Assembly (NCBI RefSeq): GCF_000420245.1 | Contig: NZ_ATUO01000002.1 | Coordinates: forward strand, 10,628-34,627 | Length of the DNA stretch: 24,000 nucleotides | Direction: 5' to 3' | Origin: Psychromonas hadalis ATCC BAA-638 | GTDB lineage: Bacteria; Pseudomonadota; Gammaproteobacteria; Enterobacterales; Psychromonadaceae | In this document: positions 9,039 to 17,452 of the stretch, piece by piece | Layout of the letters: every line of letters begins with the position of its first letter | How positions within the stretch are numbered: the first letter of the stretch is position 1 | Program-made: the position numbers and the translations under genes | The notes under the pieces: model-generated | The model's database searches: none | Told to the model about the DNA's origin: nothing | Seen by the model: only the letters and a program-made list of their open reading frames with translations

Positions 9039-9722
9039 TTATTTCGCTTTTAAGCGATCTAAAATAGATTGTGCACTTGATTGTTGTGCGCCAATACCTG
9101 CTTCTTGTAATTTTGCTTTTAATGAGCTGTCGTCATTTTCCGCTTCTAGTTGCTCCGCCGCTTTTAACTTGTCATCAAACATTGCTTGTTTTTGTTTGAT
9201 ACGCTCTAGTGAGTCTTTTGCATTTAACAGTTTAGAGTTACTGGCAGTAAAGTTATCGGTGATTGCCGATGTCGCTTTTTGTACGCTTTCAGTGGTCTTT
9301 ACCATGCTTAATTGACGTTTATAGTCTGTTAGCTGGCGTTCACTCTTTTTAATCAGCTCTTTTAAACGATCTGCACTTTTTAGGTAACTTTCATTCGCTT
9401 GTTGTTGATCGGTTGCATTGGCTTCAAGTTCACCAATTTTTTCAGCAACTTCAATTGCTAACGCTTCATTGCCTTTTTCAAGAGCTTGTAGCGCATAACC
9501 TTCATGCTCTTTAATGCTGGTCTGCAGTTGTGCAAGTTCACGTGCCGCTTGCATCTGTTTCGCCATTACCTCGGTTAAATCACGTTTTGCGATGGTGATA
9601 TGTTTTTCACTATCACGGATCTCTTGTTCAAAAATACGTGTTGAATTTGCGTCTACAATCGCTTCACCTGCTTCACGTGCGCCACCACGAACAGCGGTAA
9701 TAATTTTTTTAAATATGCTCAT
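9039..9722 (-). CDS. yjfJ: PspA/IM30 (phage-shock/Vipp1) family protein, YjfJ-like
   Basis: 227-aa coiled-coil ORF: MSIFKKIITAVRGGAREAGEAIVDANSTRIFEQEIRDSEKHITIAKRDLTEVMAKQ..., typical of PspA/IM30. RBS aggaaaaa upstream. Confidence 0.85.
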   Translation of the reverse strand: MSIFKKIITAVRGGAREAGEAIVDANSTRIFEQEIRDSEKHITIAKRDLTEVMAKQMQAARELAQLQTSIKEHEGYALQALEKGNEALAIEVAEKIGELEANATDQQQANESYLKSADRLKELIKKSERQLTDYKRQLSMVKTTESVQKATSAITDNFTASNSKLLNAKDSLERIKQKQAMFDDKLKAAEQLEAENDDSSLKAKLQEAGIGAQQSSAQSILDRLKAK

Positions 9723-9795
9723 TATTTTTTCCTTTTCTATTTGTAATGACTCAAAATAACGCTCAGAGTAGTTACTGTTTATTCTGTATATAAAA

Positions 9796-9817
9796 TACCT
9801 AAAATCTATTTTAGGTA
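9796..9817. terminator. Perfect AT-rich 10-bp palindrome overlapping the end of the yjfI-like gene (weak terminator candidate)
   Basis: TACCTAAAAT-ct-ATTTTAGGTA. On the minus strand it is followed by TTTTATATA and spans the yjfI-like stop at 9806-9808. Confidence 0.4.
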
Positions 9818-10219
9818 GGTGTCCATTTCACTGATCACTTCTAAGCTATTATCACTTAGTGTCACAATTTCTAACTCGATATCATCAAGTGTTGAATTGA
9901 TCGATAATGCACCAAATACGACGTATTTATCTTCAACTTTTGCAAATGCAGAGAGTGGCATTGGAATGTTCATCTCTAACATCGCTTCCATCATATTGGC
10001 TTTAAGTTCTGTTTTAACTTCATCTTCACCCCATAAATAAGCGATACATAAAATTTGATTATCACTAATAGAGAGGAAAATAGGGATCTCTTCACGGCCA
10101 AGAATCTCAACTTGTAAAACATCAATGTCACCATCAATTGGCGTACAATCAAAATCAAAACCTGTTTCAGTTTCGTCTTGTAACTGATTTAAGTGAGTTG
10201 CTATCTTATGAATATTCAT
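9806..10219 (-). CDS. yjfI: YjfI-like protein (DUF2170 family)
   Basis: Likely real start is MNIHKIATHLNQLQDE at 10219 (RBS aaggaa), giving 137 aa rather than the 205-aa ORF from 10423. Sits upstream of the PspA-like gene, as in yjfI-yjfJ-yjfK clusters. Confidence 0.78.
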   Translation of the reverse strand: MNIHKIATHLNQLQDETETGFDFDCTPIDGDIDVLQVEILGREEIPIFLSISDNQILCIAYLWGEDEVKTELKANMMEAMLEMNIPMPLSAFAKVEDKYVVFGALSINSTLDDIELEIVTLSDNSLEVISEMDTYLK

Positions 10220-10262
10220 AATGTTCCTTAGAAGTAAGACATTTAATGTCTTGTTGAAAACT

Positions 10263-10294
10263 AATTTAGTCCGCTTGGCATTATATGTCAAGCG
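10263..10294 (-). promoter_or_regulatory. Putative promoter with overlapping inverted repeat upstream of yjfI-like gene
   Basis: Minus strand TTGACA (10286-10291), 17-nt spacer, TAAATT (10263-10268). The near-perfect IR CGCTTGACA-TATAA-TGCCAAGCG covers 10272-10294 and overlaps the -35. Confidence 0.45.
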
Positions 10295-10436
10295 ATTTTG
10301 TTTATATATTTTCCATGGTAAGACTAATATTGTTACGATCCCCCTATTTTTCAATAGCGAAACATATTTATTACTGAACATCCTGCATACAACTGTTAAG
10401 TTAAGTGCTTTGATTAATAACAATTAGGTTATTGCC

Positions 10437-13274
10437 ATGTCTCTACTTATTGATTGTGCCTCTATTCACCTTGAAAATCTGAAACAAAGAGTGGATCTCT
10501 CTTTCTGCTCCGAAACCCAATTAATCGCATTAAAAACCGCACTCGGATTGAGTGATTTTATTGCTGATTCATTAATGAAACAACCTGCGTTGCTAGAAGA
10601 GCTATTTAACAGCAGCCTCTTTGTATTAGAAGAGCGAACAGAGGCGCTTAAAGCGGAGTTGGAAAGCAATTTGGCGACAACAATAGATGAAGAGCAACTA
10701 CATAAAGTTTTGCGCCAATTTCGTCGCAAACACATGGTGATCATCGCTTGGCGTGAGTTGCTTGGAAAAGCGAGCTTAACCGAGAGTTTTAAACATATCT
10801 CATTTTTAGCCGATGAACTGATTTCACAAGCGATGAATTGGTTGTATGAAAAACAATGCACAGAGCAGGGAACGCCTTTTAATCGGGAAGGTATAAAGCA
10901 GAGCCTGTTTATTTTTGCGATGGGGAAGTTGGGCGGGCGAGAATTAAACTTCTCTTCTGATATCGACCTTATCTTTACTTACCCTGAGCATGGTGAAACA
11001 CAAGGTGGTCGTCGTGTCATTGAAAACCAACGTTTCTTTGTCAAACTCGGACAGCGTTTAATTGCCGCATTGCATCAAGTCACGGTGGATGGTTTTGTTT
11101 ATCGAGTCGATATGCGCTTGCGCCCATTCGGTGAGTCAGGGCCTTTAGTGACAAGCTTTGCTTCTATTGAAGATTATTACCAAAGTCATGGCCGTGAATG
11201 GGAGCGCTACGCGATGGTCAAAGCACGTGTGATAGGCGAACAGGGAGATTACAAGAAAGAGTTAGAAGCGATGTTACGTCCCTTTGTTTATCGTCGTTAT
11301 ATCGATTTTAGTGCCATCGAGTCATTACGTAAAATGAAAGCGATGATCAGCGCCGAAGTGCGCCGCAAAGGGCTTAAAGATAATATCAAATTGGGTACGG
11401 GTGGCATCCGTGAAATAGAGTTTGTCGCGCAAGCATTTCAGCTTATTCGTGGTGGTCGAACGCCTGAGTTACAATGTAAGGGGCTTCAAGAAACCCTAAA
11501 AGTGATTGCTGAAATTGGCGCTTTACCTCGTGAACGTGTACAGAGCCTACTTGATTCTTATCATTTTCTACGTCGTGTTGAAAATATCTTGCAGCAAATT
11601 AACGATCAACAAACTCAAACCTTACCCAGTAGTGAGTTAGATAGAACACGTTTAATCACTGTTATGGCGTTTAAAGATTGGGAAAGTTTTTATCAAACAC
11701 TTAATCATGTAATGAAAAAAGTACATGATGAATTTAATTGGGTGGTGGGTGAGAGTGAAGATGAAAAACACTCTGATCAGGACTTGTGTGAGTTATGGGC
11801 ATTAGATTTAACTGAGCAGGAGACAGTGACGCTATTAATGGAAAAGGGGATCGTAGAAAACGTGGCAACGGAACTTAGTACCATTTTACTGAGTTTTAAA
11901 GATGATATTACTAAACGCCCGATGGGGCCACGTGGTCAAGAAACAATGGGAAAACTGCTTCCTAAAATTGTTGAAAAGATTTGTCGTTATGATGATTCTG
12001 CTGAATTGATGAGACGTATTACAGGTTTATTATTAAAAATAATGCGCCGTACTGCTTATTTAGAATTGCTCAATGAGAATGATGGTGCGTTAAATCAGCT
12101 ATTAAAATTATGCCATGCAAGTCCACGTATTAGTTCGCAACTTGGCCGTCACCCAATATTGTTAGATGAGTTACTTGACCCTCAACATCTTTATCACCCC
12201 ACTGAGTTAGTCAACTATAAACGTGATCTGCGCCAATTTATGCTACGTATACCCGAGGAGGATATGGAGCAACAGATGGAAGCATTGCGCCAATTTAAAC
12301 AGATGCAGTTTTTACATATTGCAGCTGCTGATATTGCGGGTGCAATAGAGTTGCCAAAAGTCAGTGATCATTTAACTTTTTTAAGTGAAGCACTAATGGA
12401 TTATGTGGTGCAGATTGCATGGACGCAGATGGTTGAAAAATTTGGTCTTCCAAGCAATGTTGTTGATAGCGATCGTAAAGGTTTTGCTGTGATTGGTTAT
12501 GGGAAAATGGGTGGGTTTGAACTGGGTTATAGTTCTGATCTCGATGTGGTTTTTCTGCACGATAGCGATATTAAAGGGCAAACTAATGGTCGTCGACTTA
12601 TCGATAATCAGGTTTTTTACTTCCGTTTAGGGCAGCGTATTATTCACCTATTTAGTGTGCGTACTAACTCAGGTGTTTTATATGAGATAGATATTCGTTT
12701 GCGACCATCAGGGGACTCCGGCCCTTTGGTTGCAAGTATGCAAGGTTATAATAATTACCTTAAAAATGACGCGTGGACATGGGAACATCAAGCATTAGTA
12801 CGTTCTCGAGCGGTGTTTTCAGATGCATTGTTGTTACAGCAATTTAATGAAATACGGGAGTCGATATTATCACTACCACGTGAGGAGCGAGTGTTAGCAA
12901 AAGAGGTAGCAGATATGCGTAAAAAAATGCGTGACCACCTTAATCGTGCAGAAAAAGGGCAATTCGACCTGAAACAATCAGCAGGAGGCATGGTTGATAT
13001 CGAGTTTATTGCACAATATTTAGTGTTAGCAAATGCTGAAAAGTCTGAAAAAGCACTGTGTAGATGGTCTGATAATCTGCGTATTTTTGAAACCTGCAAA
13101 GTCTTAAATTTACTCACAGAAAGCCAAGAAAAATCGCTGACTGATGCTTATTGTGCCATTCGTGATGCGGCTCACCGCTTAACACTTAATAAACAAACAC
13201 GTATCGTTGACGAAAAAAGATTTGAAAAAGAGCGCCAAGCCGTTATTAAAATTTGGCAGCAGTTTTTAGCCTAA
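10437..13274 (+). CDS. glnE: Bifunctional glutamine synthetase adenylyltransferase/deadenylylase
   Basis: 945-aa ORF with duplicated nucleotidyltransferase motifs (GKLGGRELNFSSDIDLIF and GKMGGFELGYSSDLDVVFLHD) and GTGGIREIEFVAQ. Confidence 0.98.
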   Translation: MSLLIDCASIHLENLKQRVDLSFCSETQLIALKTALGLSDFIADSLMKQPALLEELFNSSLFVLEERTEALKAELESNLATTIDEEQLHKVLRQFRRKHMVIIAWRELLGKASLTESFKHISFLADELISQAMNWLYEKQCTEQGTPFNREGIKQSLFIFAMGKLGGRELNFSSDIDLIFTYPEHGETQGGRRVIENQRFFVKLGQRLIAALHQVTVDGFVYRVDMRLRPFGESGPLVTSFASIEDYYQSHGREWERYAMVKARVIGEQGDYKKELEAMLRPFVYRRYIDFSAIESLRKMKAMISAEVRRKGLKDNIKLGTGGIREIEFVAQAFQLIRGGRTPELQCKGLQETLKVIAEIGALPRERVQSLLDSYHFLRRVENILQQINDQQTQTLPSSELDRTRLITVMAFKDWESFYQTLNHVMKKVHDEFNWVVGESEDEKHSDQDLCELWALDLTEQETVTLLMEKGIVENVATELSTILLSFKDDITKRPMGPRGQETMGKLLPKIVEKICRYDDSAELMRRITGLLLKIMRRTAYLELLNENDGALNQLLKLCHASPRISSQLGRHPILLDELLDPQHLYHPTELVNYKRDLRQFMLRIPEEDMEQQMEALRQFKQMQFLHIAAADIAGAIELPKVSDHLTFLSEALMDYVVQIAWTQMVEKFGLPSNVVDSDRKGFAVIGYGKMGGFELGYSSDLDVVFLHDSDIKGQTNGRRLIDNQVFYFRLGQRIIHLFSVRTNSGVLYEIDIRLRPSGDSGPLVASMQGYNNYLKNDAWTWEHQALVRSRAVFSDALLLQQFNEIRESILSLPREERVLAKEVADMRKKMRDHLNRAEKGQFDLKQSAGGMVDIEFIAQYLVLANAEKSEKALCRWSDNLRIFETCKVLNLLTESQEKSLTDAYCAIRDAAHRLTLNKQTRIVDEKRFEKERQAVIKIWQQFLA

Positions 13275-13276
13275 AA

Positions 13277-13337
13277 TAAAGTCGGGTCAGATCAAACTTA
13301 AATAGGAGGAACTTAAGTTTGATCTGACCCGACTTTA
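13277..13337. repeat. Palindromic repeat copy 1 (REP-like), 25-bp perfect arms with 11-nt loop
   Basis: taaagtcgggtcagatcaaacttaa (13277-13301) / ataggaggaac / ttaagtttgatctgacccgacttta (13313-13337). Arms are exact reverse complements. Confidence 0.97.
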
Positions 13338-13384
13338 AATATTTCAACTACGCTTATATGAGGCTTATTGTTGGAGTAGTTGTT

Positions 13385-14083
13385 ATGTCTCGACTAGTAA
13401 GAGTTTGCCCTGTAGGAATGCCTCAACATATTATTCAACGAGGTAATAATCATCATGCTTGTTTTGTTGATCATCTCGATTTTACTACTTATACGAATTG
13501 GTTAAAAGAGTACTCTGTGCAATTCTCAGTGGAAATTCATGCTTGGGTCTTTATGACTAATCATGTTCACCTTTTGTGTACGCCTCAACAAGAAAATGGC
13601 ATTAGTAATATGATGCAAGCACTTGGGAGACAGTATGTACGTTATTTTAATAATAAATATCAAAGAACAGGCACACTGTGGGAAGGTCGCTTTAAATCAT
13701 GTTTAATAGAGGCGGATAGCTATCTTTTACAAGTGTATCGGTATATTGAGCTTAATCCTGTACGCGCTAAGATGGTTGATTTTCCAGAGCAGTACCACTG
13801 GTCTAGCTTTCAAATCAACGCATTAGGTAAACTGTCAGATCTTTGTAAGCCTCACCCTCTTTATTTGCTTTTGGGTGATAATGTGCGAGAAAGGCAATTT
13901 GCATATCAAGAATTATTTCAGCAACCATTAACTGAACAGTTAATTGATGATATTCGTTGCAACCTGAATAGTAACCTTGCCATTGGTAGTGAGCCTTTTA
14001 AAGAGGTGGTTGAAGCATTAACGGGAAGAAAACTTCATCACGAAAAAATTGGACGCCCTAAAGTCGGGTCAGATCAAACTTAA
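13385..14083 (+). CDS. REP-associated tyrosine transposase (TnpA_REP / Y1_Tnp, IS200-like HUH superfamily)
   Basis: ORF track start is 13358. MSRLVRVCPVGMPQHIIQRGNN at 13385 with upstream ggag is more likely. HxH in FMTNHVHLLCTP; RYFNNKYQRTGTLWEGRFKSCLIEADSYLLQVYRYIELNPVRAKMV is typical of RAYTs and contains the candidate catalytic Tyr. Confidence 0.92.
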   Translation: MSRLVRVCPVGMPQHIIQRGNNHHACFVDHLDFTTYTNWLKEYSVQFSVEIHAWVFMTNHVHLLCTPQQENGISNMMQALGRQYVRYFNNKYQRTGTLWEGRFKSCLIEADSYLLQVYRYIELNPVRAKMVDFPEQYHWSSFQINALGKLSDLCKPHPLYLLLGDNVRERQFAYQELFQQPLTEQLIDDIRCNLNSNLAIGSEPFKEVVEALTGRKLHHEKIGRPKVGSDQT

Positions 14084-14119
14084 ATAGATGGAAGTTAAGT
14101 TTGATCTGACCCGACTTTA
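14059..14119. repeat. Palindromic repeat copy 2 (REP-like), 25-bp perfect arms with 11-nt loop
   Basis: taaagtcgggtcagatcaaacttaa (14059-14083) / atagatggaag / ttaagtttgatctgacccgacttta (14095-14119), followed by ttttt. Likely also acts as the transposase terminator. Confidence 0.97.
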
Positions 14120-14130
14120 TTTTTGGTGCT

Positions 14131-15051
14131 TTAATAAAATGAAGGCTCTCCTTCGGGACGAGTTTTAAAGCGTTTATGCATCCACATATATTGATCGTCA
14201 CACTCCATCACCATCTTTTCAATTTGTTGATTGGTGACCGCGGTATCTGCGCTAATATCTTTGCTTGGAAAGTTTTCAAGTGCAGGATAAAACACTAACT
14301 CATAACCTTGTGTGTCAGGCAGGCGTTTTAAAAAAACAGGAATAACACAGCTGTTTTTCACCCGGGCAAGGGTACTTGTCCCTGCAACAGTATTGGCATT
14401 TTCCACCGCAAAAAAAGGTGCAAAAACACTGCTTTTATGTTTTCCATAGTCATGGTCGGGGGCATACCAAAGTGCATCCGCATTTTTTAGTGCACGTAAC
14501 ATACCTTTGAAGTTTGCACGGTCAAGCATCGCTTTATGTTCGCGCATGCGACCCCGGTAAAACCAGTAGTCCAATACTGCATTACTGTGCTTTCGGTACA
14601 CTGCATTACAAGGTTTGGTGAGTCCGACTGCGCGTGCGCCCATCTCAAGCGTGAGGAAGTGTGCGCCTAAAAAGATGATGCCTTGGCCGTTAATAATGGC
14701 TTTTTCTACATGTTCAACACCGCGTACTTTGAGTAAACCGCGTACTCTCCAGCTTGGCCAAAACCACGCCATGCCCATTTCAAGTAGTGCAATACCACTA
14801 TTTTCAAAATTTAAACGTACCTTTTTTTCTATCTCCTGTGTTGATAGTTCAGGAAAGCAGAGTTGAAGATTACGGCGAGCGATATTGCCGCGTGCTTTGG
14901 CAAAAAAAGAAGCGCCAAGTCCAAGTTTTCTCCCTAAAAATAGCAACGCGCTATAGGGTAAAAAAGAGCTAATAAAAAGTGTAAAAATTCCTAACCAAGC
15001 TAACCAGTATTTGGGGTGACAGAAAGCGACTTTAAGTTTATATGAATCCAT
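14131..15051 (-). CDS. lpxL: Lipid A biosynthesis lauroyl/acyltransferase (LpxL/HtrB family)
   Basis: 306-aa ORF with N-terminal membrane segment, GAHFLTLEMGARA (HX4E/D-type catalytic motif), RKHSNAVLDYWFYRGR and YAPDHDYG. The exact LpxL/LpxM/LpxP paralog is not certain. Confidence 0.88.
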   Translation of the reverse strand: MDSYKLKVAFCHPKYWLAWLGIFTLFISSFLPYSALLFLGRKLGLGASFFAKARGNIARRNLQLCFPELSTQEIEKKVRLNFENSGIALLEMGMAWFWPSWRVRGLLKVRGVEHVEKAIINGQGIIFLGAHFLTLEMGARAVGLTKPCNAVYRKHSNAVLDYWFYRGRMREHKAMLDRANFKGMLRALKNADALWYAPDHDYGKHKSSVFAPFFAVENANTVAGTSTLARVKNSCVIPVFLKRLPDTQGYELVFYPALENFPSKDISADTAVTNQQIEKMVMECDDQYMWMHKRFKTRPEGEPSFY

Positions 15052-15181
15052 AAACTATCCTTAAATTAGAGTGATAAAATAATTCTACCGAATATTGTAA
15101 TAAATGCCTATTTTGTCTCGGATTATTTTGGGAATTTTAATTACAATAGGTATTTATTTTTCGATTCTTGATAGGTTTTAG

Positions 15182-17452
15182 ATGTTACATACTAAACGTA
15201 GTTACTCTTTTGAGTTGTTTTTTGCTTCATTGGGTGTGCTTTTATTTATCAGTTTAGCTTATTTTATTGTTGATAGTCAGGGTAGCAAAGCACAAGCCAA
15301 AGAGATTCAGAAAGAGATAAAAAATTCTTATCGCACGGTCATGAATCAAAATAAAAAAGCGGCTATTTTACTGTTTGAGTTACAGTTTAATCATGCACCT
15401 ATCATTGAATTATTGCTGCAAGCCAGTCAAACCCAAGATGATAAAACGTTAAGCACCATTAAAGATCAGTTATATCAAGCATTACACTTTAAGTTTCAGA
15501 GAAGCCGTCAATACTTCCCAAAACAACAGATATACCTTGTTGATGGTCACCCATTATTGCGTTTGGACTCTCCCTACCAACGTTTTGATAAGGAACTGCT
15601 TTATAACGTAGGGTTGCAAAAAGTGATCAGCGATCGTACCTCCTATTATGGATTAGCGTTACAGGATGGTATTTATCTATATCGTTTCTTTTTTCCTATT
15701 TTTGATGATCGCCATACATTAATCGCAGTGGCAGAGGTTGGTTTGCCATTGGTCAATGTGCAACGTTTTCTGTTTTCGGAGCATGGTGCGACTAGCCAAT
15801 TTATGTTTTCTAAAAGGCAATTATTAGATATCCGTAATAAATGGAAATTGTATGAGGAGGCAACACTGTCAGATAACTATTATGTATTAAAAAGAGAGCG
15901 TCATTACAAAAAACATAATATGTACCTTTCTGAACAAGAATTTTTACGTTTAAAAGCCAGTTTTAGTCGTGAACATAAAGTCGCATTGTTAAAAACAGAG
16001 GCTTTTTCACTGCCCAATGAGCTGAAAGGGCAGGATGGTTTTGTGAATTTCTTACCGCTGAATAATCTCAATGGTGATGTTGTTGGCCACCTCTTTACTT
16101 ATACACCCAAAATAAGCGCGACGATCAAGAAAAATAATCGTACGATTTTATTGTTGTTAATCATCGCCCTATTTTTATTGCTTAGTTATTATCTCTATCG
16201 TCAAAATGAACGTAGCCGCGCCAGTCTTACTTTTCATAAAAATATCATTGATGCTTTACCCTTTCCTGTTTTCTGCAAAGATAGTAGTAATCGTTATCAA
16301 TGTGCTAATAGCGCCTTTTTTAAACATTTTTTACTTGCTCCTGATACCCTTTTTTCTGATGGAGATAAGGCGTTTAAAAATGAACCTGAAGTGTTACAAA
16401 TTTCTGCTACAGAATTGGCCGATTTTGGTGGTAGTAAATCGATAAAAGAGTGTGTGATTGATGAAGTTGGCACTATAAATATTGAAACCTCGCTGTATCT
16501 TGTAAAAAAAGAAAATAAAGAGGTTGAAGGGGTATTAGGTTTTATTATCGATGAGACTGCGACGGTAGCAACCGAACTACAACTTGCTGAAGCACTTGCA
16601 TTGCAGAAACAGTTGATGAATAGCCTTGCGGTGGGTATCAGAATTTTTGGTGTGGATAAACAGGTAAAACTGGTGAACCATGCTTTTGAAGAGATGAGTG
16701 GTTTTAAAGAGCAAAAATTGATTGCTTCAAGCTGTGAAAAGCTGTTTACCTGTATGCAGTGTAACCCTGAGGTTTGTCCGCTAAAAAAGACCCAAGATAG
16801 CAGTATGAGCAAACAGATTGAAACAATAAAATATAGTCAGCAGGGGGAAGTGAGAACGCTTTCTCTTAATTTTGAACCTCTTTATGACAATAAGGGGCGG
16901 TTAAGTGGCATTATTGAAATTAGCACGGATATTAGCCAAACCAAAAATTTACAAGATAGAACCCATGAGCTGATTGTTTCTGATGAATTAACTAATTTGT
17001 TGAATTTACGTGGTTTGATGAGCAGTGGAGAGAATTACTTTAGGCTTGCACTGCGTACTAAAAAGCCCTTTTTCGCGTTACATTTTGATATTCATGGGAT
17101 GCGTAAATTAAACTATCAGTTTGGAGAAAAAGCGGGTGATAAACTATTAAAAGATTTTGCTGATATTTTGATAGAAACATTTCGTGATACTGATTTAATT
17201 GCACGTATTGGCGGTGATGAATTTGTTGTGTTGCTTAATGACAGTGATTATAAGGTGGTTGACAGTGGTCATTTTGTACGCCTTGAATTGAACATTCAAA
17301 AATATAATTTACAACCGAAAAATGAGTTGAAGCTGTTAATTGATACTGGCATTGTGCAGTTTTCTCCGAAAACGCATAACAGTTTAGCGTTGTTATTAGA
17401 GCAATGCGAAAAGCTAGTTTACGAACAACAACTTAAGCGCAATACTCGTTAA
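15182..17452 (+). CDS. Membrane sensor diguanylate cyclase: N-terminal TM/periplasmic sensor, PAS domain(s), GGDEF domain
   Basis: 756-aa ORF. TM near N-term and again at ILLLLIIALFLLLSYYLY; PAS-like VFCKDSSNRYQCANSAFF and RIFGVDKQVKLVNHAFEEMSGF; ARIGGDEFVVLL at the C-term with upstream RDTD I-site pattern. No EAL domain. Confidence 0.93.
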   Translation: MLHTKRSYSFELFFASLGVLLFISLAYFIVDSQGSKAQAKEIQKEIKNSYRTVMNQNKKAAILLFELQFNHAPIIELLLQASQTQDDKTLSTIKDQLYQALHFKFQRSRQYFPKQQIYLVDGHPLLRLDSPYQRFDKELLYNVGLQKVISDRTSYYGLALQDGIYLYRFFFPIFDDRHTLIAVAEVGLPLVNVQRFLFSEHGATSQFMFSKRQLLDIRNKWKLYEEATLSDNYYVLKRERHYKKHNMYLSEQEFLRLKASFSREHKVALLKTEAFSLPNELKGQDGFVNFLPLNNLNGDVVGHLFTYTPKISATIKKNNRTILLLLIIALFLLLSYYLYRQNERSRASLTFHKNIIDALPFPVFCKDSSNRYQCANSAFFKHFLLAPDTLFSDGDKAFKNEPEVLQISATELADFGGSKSIKECVIDEVGTINIETSLYLVKKENKEVEGVLGFIIDETATVATELQLAEALALQKQLMNSLAVGIRIFGVDKQVKLVNHAFEEMSGFKEQKLIASSCEKLFTCMQCNPEVCPLKKTQDSSMSKQIETIKYSQQGEVRTLSLNFEPLYDNKGRLSGIIEISTDISQTKNLQDRTHELIVSDELTNLLNLRGLMSSGENYFRLALRTKKPFFALHFDIHGMRKLNYQFGEKAGDKLLKDFADILIETFRDTDLIARIGGDEFVVLLNDSDYKVVDSGHFVRLELNIQKYNLQPKNELKLLIDTGIVQFSPKTHNSLALLLEQCEKLVYEQQLKRNTR

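Larger units (their letters stand above)
13277..14119 (+). mobile_element. RAYT/REP-type element: transposase gene bracketed by two directly repeated 61-bp palindromic modules
   Basis: Identical arms at 13277-13301/13313-13337 and 14059-14083/14095-14119 bracket a HUH/Y1-type transposase ORF. Confidence 0.82.

Noticed and set aside
10220-10423. N-terminal extension of the yjfI-like ORF up to 10423
   Set aside because: The extension is not like the family and overlaps the probable promoter. A good RBS precedes the internal ATG at 10219.
7946-10423. PspA-like cluster considered as a new anti-phage island
   Set aside because: No nuclease, ATPase, TIR or toxin-like component is visible. The similarity is to yjfIJK-type genes, so a defence claim is not supported.
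10466-10861. 131-aa minus-strand ORF inside glnE
   Set aside because: Antisense to strongly supported glnE, no motif or convincing start context.
13277-14119. Two repeated palindromes considered as a CRISPR array or phage attachment sites
   Set aside because: Only two copies, about 720 bp between them, with a transposase gene between. No spacer periodicity and no integrase.
16297-16812. 171-aa minus-strand ORF, S/F-rich
   Set aside because: Antisense to the PAS-GGDEF gene, with low-complexity composition typical of a shadow ORF.
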